From: Patescibacteria group bacterium
GTDB lineage: Bacteria > Patescibacteriota > Minisyncoccia > Phycocordibacterales > UBA9973
Direction: 5' to 3'
DNA length: 64,000 bases
NCBI GenBank assembly: GCA_038063635.1
Contig: JBBTUS010000006.1
Span: 13,500-77,499, forward strand
This document shows positions 27,957 to 36,997 of this stretch, one piece after another. A program made the position numbers and the translations under genes. The notes under the pieces were generated by a model that saw only the letters and a program-made list of their open reading frames with translations, had not been told where the DNA came from and made no database searches. Position 1 is the stretch's first letter. Every line of letters begins with the position of its first letter.

Positions 27957-28622
27957 ATGGATATAATAGAAAAATTAACTGAGATATTTAAAGAATTTCC
28001 GGGCATTGGCGAGCGACAAGCAAAACGCTTTGTATATTTTTTAATGTCTAAAAATCCCGCTTATGCGAAAAATCTATCTCTTTTGGTTTCGGATTTAAAA
28101 AAAGAAATAGCTCAATGTAAAGAATGTTTCAGATTTTTTATCTTGCCTGCTTCGCCGAGTCAAGGCGAGAATTCTAAAAAAGAAAAATTGTGCGACATTT
28201 GCGCTAACCTAAATACAGATTCTTCAATGCTAATGATTGTAGAGAAAGATTCTGATTTAGAAAGTGTCAGAAAAAGCAAAGTTTATTATGGAAAATATTT
28301 TATTTTAGGAGGACTTGTGCCTATTGTTGAAAAAAATACTAAAAATAAAATACGCATAAAAGAACTTATTGAAAGGATATCCGCCAAAGGCGGATCCGCC
28401 TCTGGCGGAAAAAACAACGGTAGTCTTAAAGAAATAATCTTGGGATTTTCTTTAAGTCCGCAAGGCGACCATACGGATTTTTATATTAAAAATGAAATAA
28501 AAGATTTAGCAGAATCTTTAAATATAAAAATTTCATCTTTAGGCCGTGGATTATCTACCGGAACCGAACTTGAATATTCTGACAACGACACCATAAAAAA
28601 TGCTCTAAAAAATAGGCAATAA
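27957..28622 (+). CDS. recR: Recombination protein RecR
   Basis: PGIG...A.R HhH, C4 zinc finger, Toprim, GLSTGTELEYSD; two palindrome-derived insertions. Confidence 0.92.
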   Translation: MDIIEKLTEIFKEFPGIGERQAKRFVYFLMSKNPAYAKNLSLLVSDLKKEIAQCKECFRFFILPASPSQGENSKKEKLCDICANLNTDSSMLMIVEKDSDLESVRKSKVYYGKYFILGGLVPIVEKNTKNKIRIKELIERISAKGGSASGGKNNGSLKEIILGFSLSPQGDHTDFYIKNEIKDLAESLNIKISSLGRGLSTGTELEYSDNDTIKNALKNRQ

Positions 28623-28655
28623 TTCTTCCCCTTGGTAGTCCTACTGCCAAGTTTC

Positions 28656-28973
28656 TTATTTTATAGAAGTAATTTTTACTTTGATATATGGCTGACGATG
28701 ACCATTTCGGCGAAGATAACGAGATTTTTGTTTATATTTCATAACGAGAATTTTACGAGCTCGGCCAATTTCCACAACTTCAGAATCAACTTTAGCGCCA
28801 GTAATAAAAGGCGTGCCAATCGTGGTATTTTTGCCATCATCAACCAAAAGAACTTTATCAAAAGAAATTTTATCCCCTTTTTTAAATTCCCCTTTGATTT
28901 TTTCAACAGAAATAAAAGTCCCTAAAGAGACCTTATATTGCTTTCCGCCTGTTTTTATGACTGCAAATTCCAT
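28656..28973 (-). CDS. rplU: 50S ribosomal protein L21
   Basis: FAVIKTGGKQYKV...GHRQPY. Confidence 0.96.
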   Translation of the reverse strand: MEFAVIKTGGKQYKVSLGTFISVEKIKGEFKKGDKISFDKVLLVDDGKNTTIGTPFITGAKVDSEVVEIGRARKILVMKYKQKSRYLRRNGHRQPYIKVKITSIK

Positions 28974-29065
28974 AAAATCCATATTATCTGAAATTATCTG
29001 AAAACGCAAGTCCTTATAATATATTTTATTTACGGCTTGTCTAAATTTTGTTATACTAAGTCAGT

Positions 29066-30073
29066 ATGCAAACAAAAACATTTGAGAGGTATTTTTTGTT
29101 AAGTCTTTTATTTATAACGTTTATTTTTACTTTTTTCATTTTTCGCCCTTTTTGGATAGTACTCATTTTGGGAGCTTGTTTTGCCGTAGTGCTGCAACCC
29201 ATACATAAGTGGCTAAATAAAATTAAAATACCTAATTCTATTTCGGCATTTATTACTGTTATTTTATTTTTCATCGTTCTTTGTGTTCCAGTATTTAGCA
29301 TAAGTTCTATAATCTTTAATCAATCTCAAAATGTTTATCAAGGAATTGTGGCCAATGGAAACGTAGGGTCATTTTTAGGTTCAATTGGAGATAAAATAAA
29401 TTTAGCCTTGCCCCAAGGAGTAGTTTTTAATACAAATGAAATAGCTTCAAACTTTGTTTCTTTTATAACAAACAATATTACAAAAATATTCAATACTTCT
29501 CTTTCTGCTTTAATTTCATTAATCCTGCTTTTTTTAGCTACATTTTATTTTTTAAAAGACGGTCAGGAGTGGAAAAAGAAAATTATTTTATTAAGTCCTC
29601 TTTCAGACGATAATGATGAAAAAATAATCAATAAACTTTCAAAAACCATAAATGGAGTGATGGTAGGATATATGTTGATTGCTTTAATTCAGGGAATGTT
29701 GATGTGGATTGGATTGTCATTGTTTGGCGTGCCAAACCCAGCTTTTTGGGGATTGGTGGCAGCCATAGCCGCTCTTATCCCGCCATTTGGCACTAGCCTT
29801 GTTTCTGTTCCAGCAATAATTTTTCTCTTTGCAACAGGACATACGTTGCCTGCCATTGGTCTTCTAGTCTGGGCTATAGTTATGGTTGGAATGATAGATA
29901 ATTTTTTAAATCCGTTTATTATCGGTAAAAAAATAGAAATATCTCCATTTTTAATACTTTTTTCTGTGTTGGGTGGCATTGCCCTCTTGGGGCCTGTGGG
30001 AATTTTAATCGGTCCGCTGGCTGTAACCATGCTTAATACTCTCTTTTTAATTTATAGAAATGAATCAATCTAA
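29066..30073 (+). CDS. AI-2E family transporter
   Basis: Multi-TM; FYFLKDG, IALIQG, DNFLNP, SVLGG...G..G.LIGP. Confidence 0.9.
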   Translation: MQTKTFERYFLLSLLFITFIFTFFIFRPFWIVLILGACFAVVLQPIHKWLNKIKIPNSISAFITVILFFIVLCVPVFSISSIIFNQSQNVYQGIVANGNVGSFLGSIGDKINLALPQGVVFNTNEIASNFVSFITNNITKIFNTSLSALISLILLFLATFYFLKDGQEWKKKIILLSPLSDDNDEKIINKLSKTINGVMVGYMLIALIQGMLMWIGLSLFGVPNPAFWGLVAAIAALIPPFGTSLVSVPAIIFLFATGHTLPAIGLLVWAIVMVGMIDNFLNPFIIGKKIEISPFLILFSVLGGIALLGPVGILIGPLAVTMLNTLFLIYRNESI

Positions 30074-31469
30074 AATAAAACTTTATAACACTCTGAGTAG
30101 AAAAAAAGAAGAATTTACGCCGATAAATGAACTGGAAGTCCGCATGTACACCTGCGGACCGACAGTTTATAACTACACACACATAGGCAATCTGCGTTCT
30201 TATATTTTTGCCGATATATTATGCCGTACCCTCAAATATAGCGGATTAAAAGTAAAACAAGTAATAAACATTACAGATATCGGACATCTTTCCAGTGATG
30301 CTGATTCTGGCGACGATAAAATGACCAAGGGACTTTTGCGCGAAGGAAAAGAATTAAGCTTAAAAAATATGCGCGAACTTGCGGAATTTTATACAGAAAG
30401 TTTTAAAGAAGATTTAAAAATACTTAATGTTGAAAAACCTAACGGAATGTATTTTGCCAGTGATTATATAAAAGAAGATATTGATTTAATAAAAAAATTA
30501 GAAAAAAAGGGATACACATATAAAACAAGTGATGGAATTTATTTTAATATCTCTAAAATGTCTGATTATGGAATATTGTCTGGTGGAAAAAAAAATTGGA
30601 ATAAAGAAGGAGCCAGAATAGCCGAAAATTCCGAGAAAAAAAATCCGGAAGATTTTGCATTATGGAAATTTAATAATGAGATTGGTTTTAAATCTCCTTT
30701 TGGAAAAGGTTTCCCGGGATGGCACATAGAATGTTCGGCAATGAGTATGAAATTTTTAGGCGAACAGTTTGATATTCATACCGGTGGAATTGATTTAATC
30801 CCAATACATCATACAAATGAAATTGCCCAATCGGAATGCGCAACTGGCAAAAAACCTTTTGTAAAATTTTGGATGCATAGTGAGCATGTAGATACAGGAG
30901 GAGAGAGAATGGCAAAATCAGTCGGCAATTTTCTAAAAATTCAAAGTTTAATAGAAAAAGGCATAAATCCTATAACCTACCGTTTTTGGCTTTTAATGGC
31001 TAATTACAGAACTAAGGTGAACTTCGTTTGGGAAGCCCTGGAGGGCGCAGAAACAGCCCTTAAACGCCTTTATCGGCTTTATTTGAACCTTGGAGAAGAG
31101 GTTGGAGACATAAACAAGAATTATCAAAAAAAGTTTAAAGAGTGTTTGAAAGACGACCTAGATACTTCAAAAGCTCTTGCTCTTCTTTGGGATTTGTTAA
31201 AAGACCTGCCCGCCGATAAGGAGAGTGAGAAAATTTTAAACAAAGATAAAAAAGCTACAATATTGGATTTTGATAAAGTTTTAGGCTTAGGTTTTCTAAA
31301 TTTAAAAGAAGAAGATATTCCAAAAAAAATTACAAAATTAGCGGAAGAGCGCGAACTCGCCCGTAAAAATAAAGATTGGAACACAGCTGATGAAATTCGC
31401 GAGAAAATATCAGAAATGGGATACGATACAGACGACACTTCTTCCGGTCCAAGAATACGTAAAGTTTAA
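30060..31469 (+). CDS. cysS: Cysteine--tRNA ligase
   Basis: YTCGPTVY, HIGN, DFALWK, GFPGWHIECSAM, HHTNE, RMAKS. Confidence 0.97.
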   Translation: MNQSKIKLYNTLSRKKEEFTPINELEVRMYTCGPTVYNYTHIGNLRSYIFADILCRTLKYSGLKVKQVINITDIGHLSSDADSGDDKMTKGLLREGKELSLKNMRELAEFYTESFKEDLKILNVEKPNGMYFASDYIKEDIDLIKKLEKKGYTYKTSDGIYFNISKMSDYGILSGGKKNWNKEGARIAENSEKKNPEDFALWKFNNEIGFKSPFGKGFPGWHIECSAMSMKFLGEQFDIHTGGIDLIPIHHTNEIAQSECATGKKPFVKFWMHSEHVDTGGERMAKSVGNFLKIQSLIEKGINPITYRFWLLMANYRTKVNFVWEALEGAETALKRLYRLYLNLGEEVGDINKNYQKKFKECLKDDLDTSKALALLWDLLKDLPADKESEKILNKDKKATILDFDKVLGLGFLNLKEEDIPKKITKLAEERELARKNKDWNTADEIREKISEMGYDTDDTSSGPRIRKV

Positions 31470-31474
31470 TTTAC

Positions 31475-32419
31475 TTATTTCTCCCAAGGAAAATCAGGCC
31501 TTCCAAAATGACCCCATTGTGAAGTTTCGGCAAATTTAATATTCTCTAAATTTAATAATTTTTTTATTCCTTTTGGAGTTAAATTATATCCTTCTATGAT
31601 AGTTTCCTTTCCATCTAATACTGCAATAGCCATAACTGGTTCTGGCTTCCCTATTGCATAGGCAAGTTTTACAAAAACTTCTTTTGCTTTATACATTTTT
31701 ATAAAATCTATTGCAATTTTTCGAGCTATATATGCTCCGCTTCTATCCACTTTTGTGCAGTCTTTCCCGGAAAAAGACCCTCCCCCAATCGGTATTTCTG
31801 GACCGTAATTATCTACCACTAATTTTCTGCCTGACAAGCCGGCATCCGCGTCAAACCCGCCCATCGTCCAATCTCCAGCCGGATTAATTAAATATTTCTC
31901 GGCAGAAATTATGCTTTTTACTAGCGGTAATAAGTCTGTGTTTTTAGAACTTTGAAAACTTACTACGACTGTTTTTATTTTATCCCCGTCTAGCGTAACT
32001 TGCACTTTACCGTCATATGGATATTTTTCATAAATTTTCATACAAAGATTTCTAGCTAATTCATATTCTAATGGCATTAAATTTCTTGTTTCAGCAGTGG
32101 CATATCCTTTCATAATTCCTTGGTCTCCTGCGCCTCCAATATCTACTCCTTGAGCAATCTCTGGACTTTGTTTGGATAAATTAACAATAACTTTATAATT
32201 TTCTCCGACAATTCTTTTTATTAAAAACTCTAAATTCGGCGATGCTTTGCTCGTAACTTCTCCGTTGACAGTGATAAGATTATGGCCACCCATTACTTCT
32301 ATGCCTACGCGACTTTCTTTGTCATTTTCCAAATAGGCATCTAGTATAGAATCCGCGATAAAATCACAAATTTTATCTGGATGACCGGGACTTACAAATT
32401 CTGCTGTTTTTATACTCAT
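31475..32419 (-). CDS. metK: S-adenosylmethionine synthetase (compact)
   Basis: GHPDKICD, GAGDQG, GLSGRKLVVDNYG, GGGSFSGKD..KVDRS. Confidence 0.95.
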   Translation of the reverse strand: MSIKTAEFVSPGHPDKICDFIADSILDAYLENDKESRVGIEVMGGHNLITVNGEVTSKASPNLEFLIKRIVGENYKVIVNLSKQSPEIAQGVDIGGAGDQGIMKGYATAETRNLMPLEYELARNLCMKIYEKYPYDGKVQVTLDGDKIKTVVVSFQSSKNTDLLPLVKSIISAEKYLINPAGDWTMGGFDADAGLSGRKLVVDNYGPEIPIGGGSFSGKDCTKVDRSGAYIARKIAIDFIKMYKAKEVFVKLAYAIGKPEPVMAIAVLDGKETIIEGYNLTPKGIKKLLNLENIKFAETSQWGHFGRPDFPWEK

Positions 32420-32515
32420 ATTTTTTAAAATAAAAGGTATTAAACCTTTTAATTCGACGTCGACTCGGACGTCGTGAACGAGATTACTCGTTCACACGCT
32501 CCTCGCTCGTCGAAA

Positions 32516-32546
32516 TAAAAAATCCTCTAATTGAGGAAAGATTTTT
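32516..32546 (-). terminator. Intrinsic terminator (expression platform of the SAM riboswitch)
   Basis: Minus strand TCCTC-AATTA-GAGGA followed by TTTTTTATTT, between the aptamer and metK. Confidence 0.6.
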
Positions 32547-32560
32547 ACGTTGACTGGACG

Positions 32561-32712
32561 TACTTATCTCTCCTAATATTGCTTTTGCAATATTGGTTGG
32601 ATTTAGCACCTTGCCAAATAAATTCTAACAGGTTGCTGAGCGACTCGAGCCAAATCTCGTTCTCCATCCGCAGTTTTAACGAAGGAGGATCATCGCTACT
32701 CTTGATACAAAC
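32561..32712 (-). ncRNA. SAM-I (S-box) riboswitch upstream of metK
   Basis: Minus strand: UAUCAAGAG...UGGCUC...CAGCAACC...AAGGUGCUAAAUCC...GAGAGAUAAG, the S-box signature blocks in order, directly upstream of metK. Confidence 0.88.
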
Positions 32713-32833
32713 TATTTAGTTATAAATACATAATAGCAAATATATACTTTTATGCAAATATATTTTAAAAAGTAAAATATTGCTTAATTTCTTTACTTAT
32801 AATAGTATTTACTATATATTTAATTAATAAATT

Positions 32834-33730
32834 ATGATGGTAGACTCAATTATTAGTGCAAAAAAAATAAACGAATCAGATGTCGTTATTCTGCTGGCCG
32901 GTTATGAAAAAACTGTTTCGTCAAAAAAGGGCGCATCAAAAGGTCCTAAAAAAGTTTTAGAAATGCTTGACTCAAAAATTGAGTTTTTTGACCGTACTTA
33001 TAAAACAATTCCTAGTAATAAAATTAAAATTGGAGAAAAAAATCTTGGTATTATGAAGTTTTTTTCTCCAGAAAAAGTTTATAAAAAAATAACATTGGAG
33101 TGCGAAAAATTACTTAAAAATAATAAATTTATATTCTTACTAGGAGGAGAACATTCCGTCTCATTAGGACATTTAAAGGCTTTAACAACAAAAATAAATC
33201 CGAAAGAAGTTACAATAGTGCAAATAGATGCTCATTGCGACTTACGTGATAACGATAGCGACTATAGTAAAAAACCATCAAAATTTGCGCATTCATGTGT
33301 GGCGCGTCGCGCTCATGAATTAGGATATAATCTTATTCAAATTGGTATTCGTACTTATTCCATTGATGAATATAATTATTTTTCTGATCCACAAAATAAT
33401 ATTACGGTTTTTGAATGGGGTGTTGGCAAAAAAATTCCAACCATAGAAGAAATAATTGGGTCTATTAAAACAAAATATGTTTATATTACTATAGATATAG
33501 ACGGATTTGACCCAAAATATATGCCTGGAACCGGCACTCCCGTACAGGGTGGCCTTGATTGGTGGTATGGAATAGAGCTTATAGAAAATATTATAGATAA
33601 AAAAGACATGATAGGAGCAGATATAGTAGAAGTATCCCCTGTTAAAGATTCAGTTCTAACTGAATACGGAGCTGCTCAACTTTGTTATACAATGATAGCT
33701 CATAAATTTAGGGATAAATTAATTTCTTAA
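32834..33730 (+). CDS. speB: Agmatinase (ureohydrolase family)
   Basis: GGEHS, DAHCD, IGIR, DIDGFDP, PGTGTPVQGG, DIVEV.P. Confidence 0.85.
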   Translation: MMVDSIISAKKINESDVVILLAGYEKTVSSKKGASKGPKKVLEMLDSKIEFFDRTYKTIPSNKIKIGEKNLGIMKFFSPEKVYKKITLECEKLLKNNKFIFLLGGEHSVSLGHLKALTTKINPKEVTIVQIDAHCDLRDNDSDYSKKPSKFAHSCVARRAHELGYNLIQIGIRTYSIDEYNYFSDPQNNITVFEWGVGKKIPTIEEIIGSIKTKYVYITIDIDGFDPKYMPGTGTPVQGGLDWWYGIELIENIIDKKDMIGADIVEVSPVKDSVLTEYGAAQLCYTMIAHKFRDKLIS

Positions 33731-34298
33731 AAATTTTTTTTCTATAAATACAAAATACTATAATCAAATTTATTATTATAAAATAGACGCCAAAAGAGTA
33801 TATTGAAAAAATCCAATTTTTTATAATTAACAAGCCTATAATATTATTTACTATTCCAGAAAGATATAAAATCCCTGTTTCTGTGTGCGGAAACTTCCAA
33901 GATTTTATGATGGTTGGAAAGGCTGCTAGACCATCGCTTAATATTGCAAAAAGAATTGAAACTCCCAAATTCTTAGTTAAAATATATATTGCGAGAGCAA
34001 TTAATGATAAAAAACCACAAAACATATCAAATTTTGTGATTTTCCAATAACCATTTTTCACAATTAAAGAAGCGACCAATACAATCAAGGGGCCAAAACC
34101 AGCAATAAATACCGGTAGCACAGAAAGTCCTGCTCCCGCTTTCAGCTGAAAAAATACGCCAATAAATGGCGCAAGCATCCAAATAAACCAAGAAACCAGA
34201 TTGGGTCTTGTTTCTCCAAAAAACATATTCTTAAAATAAAAATAATAACCTATTACGGTTGAAAGTATAATTAGATATCCAAATTGTTCAGGAAGCAT
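33708..34298 (-). CDS. Hypothetical polytopic membrane protein
   Basis: ~6 TM segments; 'TRPNLVSWFIW', 'FPTIIKSWKFP.TE'. Confidence 0.7.
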   Translation of the reverse strand: MLPEQFGYLIILSTVIGYYFYFKNMFFGETRPNLVSWFIWMLAPFIGVFFQLKAGAGLSVLPVFIAGFGPLIVLVASLIVKNGYWKITKFDMFCGFLSLIALAIYILTKNLGVSILFAILSDGLAAFPTIIKSWKFPHTETGILYLSGIVNNIIGLLIIKNWIFSIYSFGVYFIIINLIIVFCIYRKKIFKKLIYP

Positions 34299-34326
34299 TC
34301 TAAAATTATATCATATTACTCCAGTA

Positions 34327-34345
34327 AACAAGGTTCAACCTTGTT
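34327..34345. repeat. REP palindrome downstream of RAYT
   Basis: AACAAGGTT-C-AACCTTGTT. Confidence 0.8.
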
Positions 34346-34354
34346 AAAATCTTG

Positions 34355-35026
34355 TTAAAATTCTTTTCTGAAATTTAACCAGTCACTTATAAAATCCTTA
34401 AACTCTTTACGGTATTTAAAGTATTGTGGAAAATTTTCCATATCCAAAATAGATTTTTCTTTTCTATTAAAACCACAATGATCTAAAAAGCTTGAGAACT
34501 TATAATTAAACAAAAAAATTTTTACCCTTATTAAATTTTTAATTCCCTCTTCTTTCCAATTTTTCTCTATTAATTTTACTGGGTTTAATCCAATATAAGC
34601 GAACAAATACTTTAAATAATTATCCTTTTGAACATGACTGCCTTTAAATCTACCTTGAAAGAGGGTGCCATTTCTATTGTATTTCTTATTGAAATACATA
34701 GTATAAGCAGTCATTAATTTTTGCATAAACAAACTAATTCCACCTTCACTTTTTTCATTGATTAAAATATGAAAGTGATTAGGCATCAAACAATAAGCAC
34801 CAATTTCAACCAATGTTTCGTTTCTCTCTAAATTCAAAAGTTCTGACAAGGTCTGACCTTGTCTTAAATAGTCTCCTAAATCTACTTTCAAATTACTATT
34901 GCATAAATATAAAAGAATTAAAAATCTATAATAATCACTTGTTTCATTAAAAATAATTCTTTTATCGGTACCTCTGTTATAAATATGATAAAACTCGCCG
35001 ATAGAAAATTCTATATTTCTACTCAT
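34355..35026 (-). mobile_element. REP-associated tyrosine transposase (RAYT, Y1 HUH family)
   Basis: YHIYNRG, YCLMPNHFH (HUH), YFNKKY.R.G.LFQGRF, YIGLNP, YKFSS; flanked by REP palindromes. Confidence 0.9.
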
Positions 35027-35047
35027 TAATATATTTTAGCAAAGAAT

Positions 35048-35082
35048 ACACAGAAGACAAGGTTCAACCTTGTCTTCTGTGT
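35048..35082. repeat. REP palindrome upstream of RAYT
   Basis: ACACAGAAGACAAGGTT-C-AACCTTGTCTTCTGTGT, 17-bp perfect arms. Confidence 0.85.
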
Positions 35083-35103
35083 TGTTTGTATTAAAAATGA
35101 AAC

Positions 35104-35700
35104 CTAAGAAGCAAGAGGTGATCTAGATTCTAGTATTACTCTTAAGCTTTGAATTTTATCAAGTGCCTCTTTCAGCATATTAACACCTTGTTCATGTAAA
35201 GTATTTTTCTCTTGTTCAGAATAATCTTTATATTTTGTGTCTGCCAATTTAGCTTCGGGGTCTATAAGATAATTTCCTTGTTTCTCTTTAAACAACGGGT
35301 CTTCGGCTTTAATTATTAAATCATAAATTTTTTCGAGCTTTTCATCAAATACCTTAATGGGTTCATACGAATATATTTCATCTTTATTTTTTGGATAAAA
35401 ATACCCGCCGTAACTCTCTTGAGCACACTTAAGATATAATTGGGCAAGTTCGTCAAAAGAATTTTCAAGGTCAAGTGCTAATGATTGATCTACATTATAA
35501 TTTTTATTATAAGGAGGTAAATATTGATCAATACGTCCTGAAACGTGTTTAATTCGAGCTAAAATTGCTTCATGAAGTTTATCATAATGTTTCTCCCTGA
35601 CTTTTGGTCCCCATATGCCAGGTGCTGCATTGGGGAAGGATTTGTATTTAATACTTTTTCTTTCCTCAACTGTTGGTTTAATATCCATTGATTTATTCAT
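35104..35700 (-). CDS. Hypothetical protein
   Basis: 198-aa soluble, probably helical ORF; no motif recognised. Confidence 0.65.
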   Translation of the reverse strand: MNKSMDIKPTVEERKSIKYKSFPNAAPGIWGPKVREKHYDKLHEAILARIKHVSGRIDQYLPPYNKNYNVDQSLALDLENSFDELAQLYLKCAQESYGGYFYPKNKDEIYSYEPIKVFDEKLEKIYDLIIKAEDPLFKEKQGNYLIDPEAKLADTKYKDYSEQEKNTLHEQGVNMLKEALDKIQSLRVILESRSPLAS

Positions 35701-35778
35701 AAAATTTTTGAATTTGATTTAATTTATAATATTTAGATTACACTACTTTAACATTTAAAGTCAAAATTTTTAGCTATT

Positions 35779-36873
35779 TTATATTCCTTCTTTTTTAAGC
35801 TGTTCTATAATCTCACGAGATTTGTGAGAAAGCTTGTTGGGAAGTTTAATATTTAATTTAATCAATAAATCTCCACGTTTTGTTTTTGAAACAGGCACAC
35901 CTTTGCCGCGCACGCGAAGTATTTCATTTATGGAAACACCTTCTGGAATGGTAACTTTTATTTCTCCATCTAAAGTTTGAATTGGATACTCCGTGCCAAG
36001 CAGCGCTTCAGAAAGTTTTAAATTTAGATTCATTACAAGGTCATTTCCATCTCTCTTAAATATTGAATGTGGCACAACATTTATTTTTATATAAAGATCC
36101 CCGATTGTTCCATTTTTTACAGCTTCTCCCATGCCACTCATGCGAATCATTTCTCCGTTACGAATTCCGGCAGGTATTGAAATTGATATTTCTTCTTCGC
36201 GACGCAATACTCCTGCGCCCTTGCAATGAGAACAAATTTCTTTTGGAATTTCTCCCACGCCTAAGCATTCATTGCAGAGTTTTGTACTTGAAATATTTCC
36301 AAAAATAGTTCTTTTTGCTTCGCGAATTTTTCCTTGTCCATTGCAAGTTTTGCAAGTTTGCGTTTTTGTACCTTCCTTGGCTCCGGAACCGCCACAAATA
36401 CTGCACTTAGATATTTTAGTAATTAAAACTTTTCTAGTAACGCCAAAGATGGAATCAGAAAAAGAAATTTGAATCTCCGTTGAAATATCGCGTCCACGAC
36501 GTGTTTCATATCTTTGTTCTCCGTTTCCTCCAGTAAAGAAATCGCTAAAAATGTCATTTAAATTTCCAAAATCAAATTCTGAACCAGAACCATTTTGAAA
36601 ACCGCTGAAATCAAAACCGCCGAATCCGCCTTGTTGGTATCTAGCGCCTCCGCCTTGATTTATATTTTTAAACCCAGCTCCAAATTGGTCATATTTTGAA
36701 CGCTTAGAGTCATCAGAAAGCACCTGATAAGCTTCATTTGTTTCTTTAAACTTAGCTTCGTTGCCACCTTTCTTGTCTGGATGATATTTGTGCGCTAACT
36801 TATAAAAAGCCTTTTTGATTTCATCTTTTGACGCATTTTTATTTACACCCAATGTATTATAATAATCTTTCAT
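35779..36873 (-). CDS. dnaJ: Chaperone DnaJ
   Basis: J-domain with HPD, G/F region, four CxxCxGxG repeats. Confidence 0.97.
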   Translation of the reverse strand: MKDYYNTLGVNKNASKDEIKKAFYKLAHKYHPDKKGGNEAKFKETNEAYQVLSDDSKRSKYDQFGAGFKNINQGGGARYQQGGFGGFDFSGFQNGSGSEFDFGNLNDIFSDFFTGGNGEQRYETRRGRDISTEIQISFSDSIFGVTRKVLITKISKCSICGGSGAKEGTKTQTCKTCNGQGKIREAKRTIFGNISSTKLCNECLGVGEIPKEICSHCKGAGVLRREEEISISIPAGIRNGEMIRMSGMGEAVKNGTIGDLYIKINVVPHSIFKRDGNDLVMNLNLKLSEALLGTEYPIQTLDGEIKVTIPEGVSINEILRVRGKGVPVSKTKRGDLLIKLNIKLPNKLSHKSREIIEQLKKEGI

Positions 36874-36919
36874 AATGTTTAAAGAAGCATTATATCATAT
36901 ATTATGTAAACATTTCAAT

Positions 36920-36982
36920 AAAAATTTAAAGCGTCGTGGGTTCCTTGTCCTATATCTCCGAGGGCGAAGGCGCTAAAATTTC
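36920..36982. repeat. Structured repeat family S, copy 2 (intergenic, upstream of dnaJ)
   Basis: AAAAATTTAAAGCGTCGTGGGTTCCTTGTCCTATATCTCCGAGGGCGAAGGCGCTAAAATTT. Confidence 0.85.
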
Positions 36983-36997
36983 TATTGGAATGTTTAT

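Noticed and set aside
32531-32719. 62-aa plus-strand ORF
   Set aside because: It is antisense to the SAM riboswitch, has a TTG start and shows no protein features.
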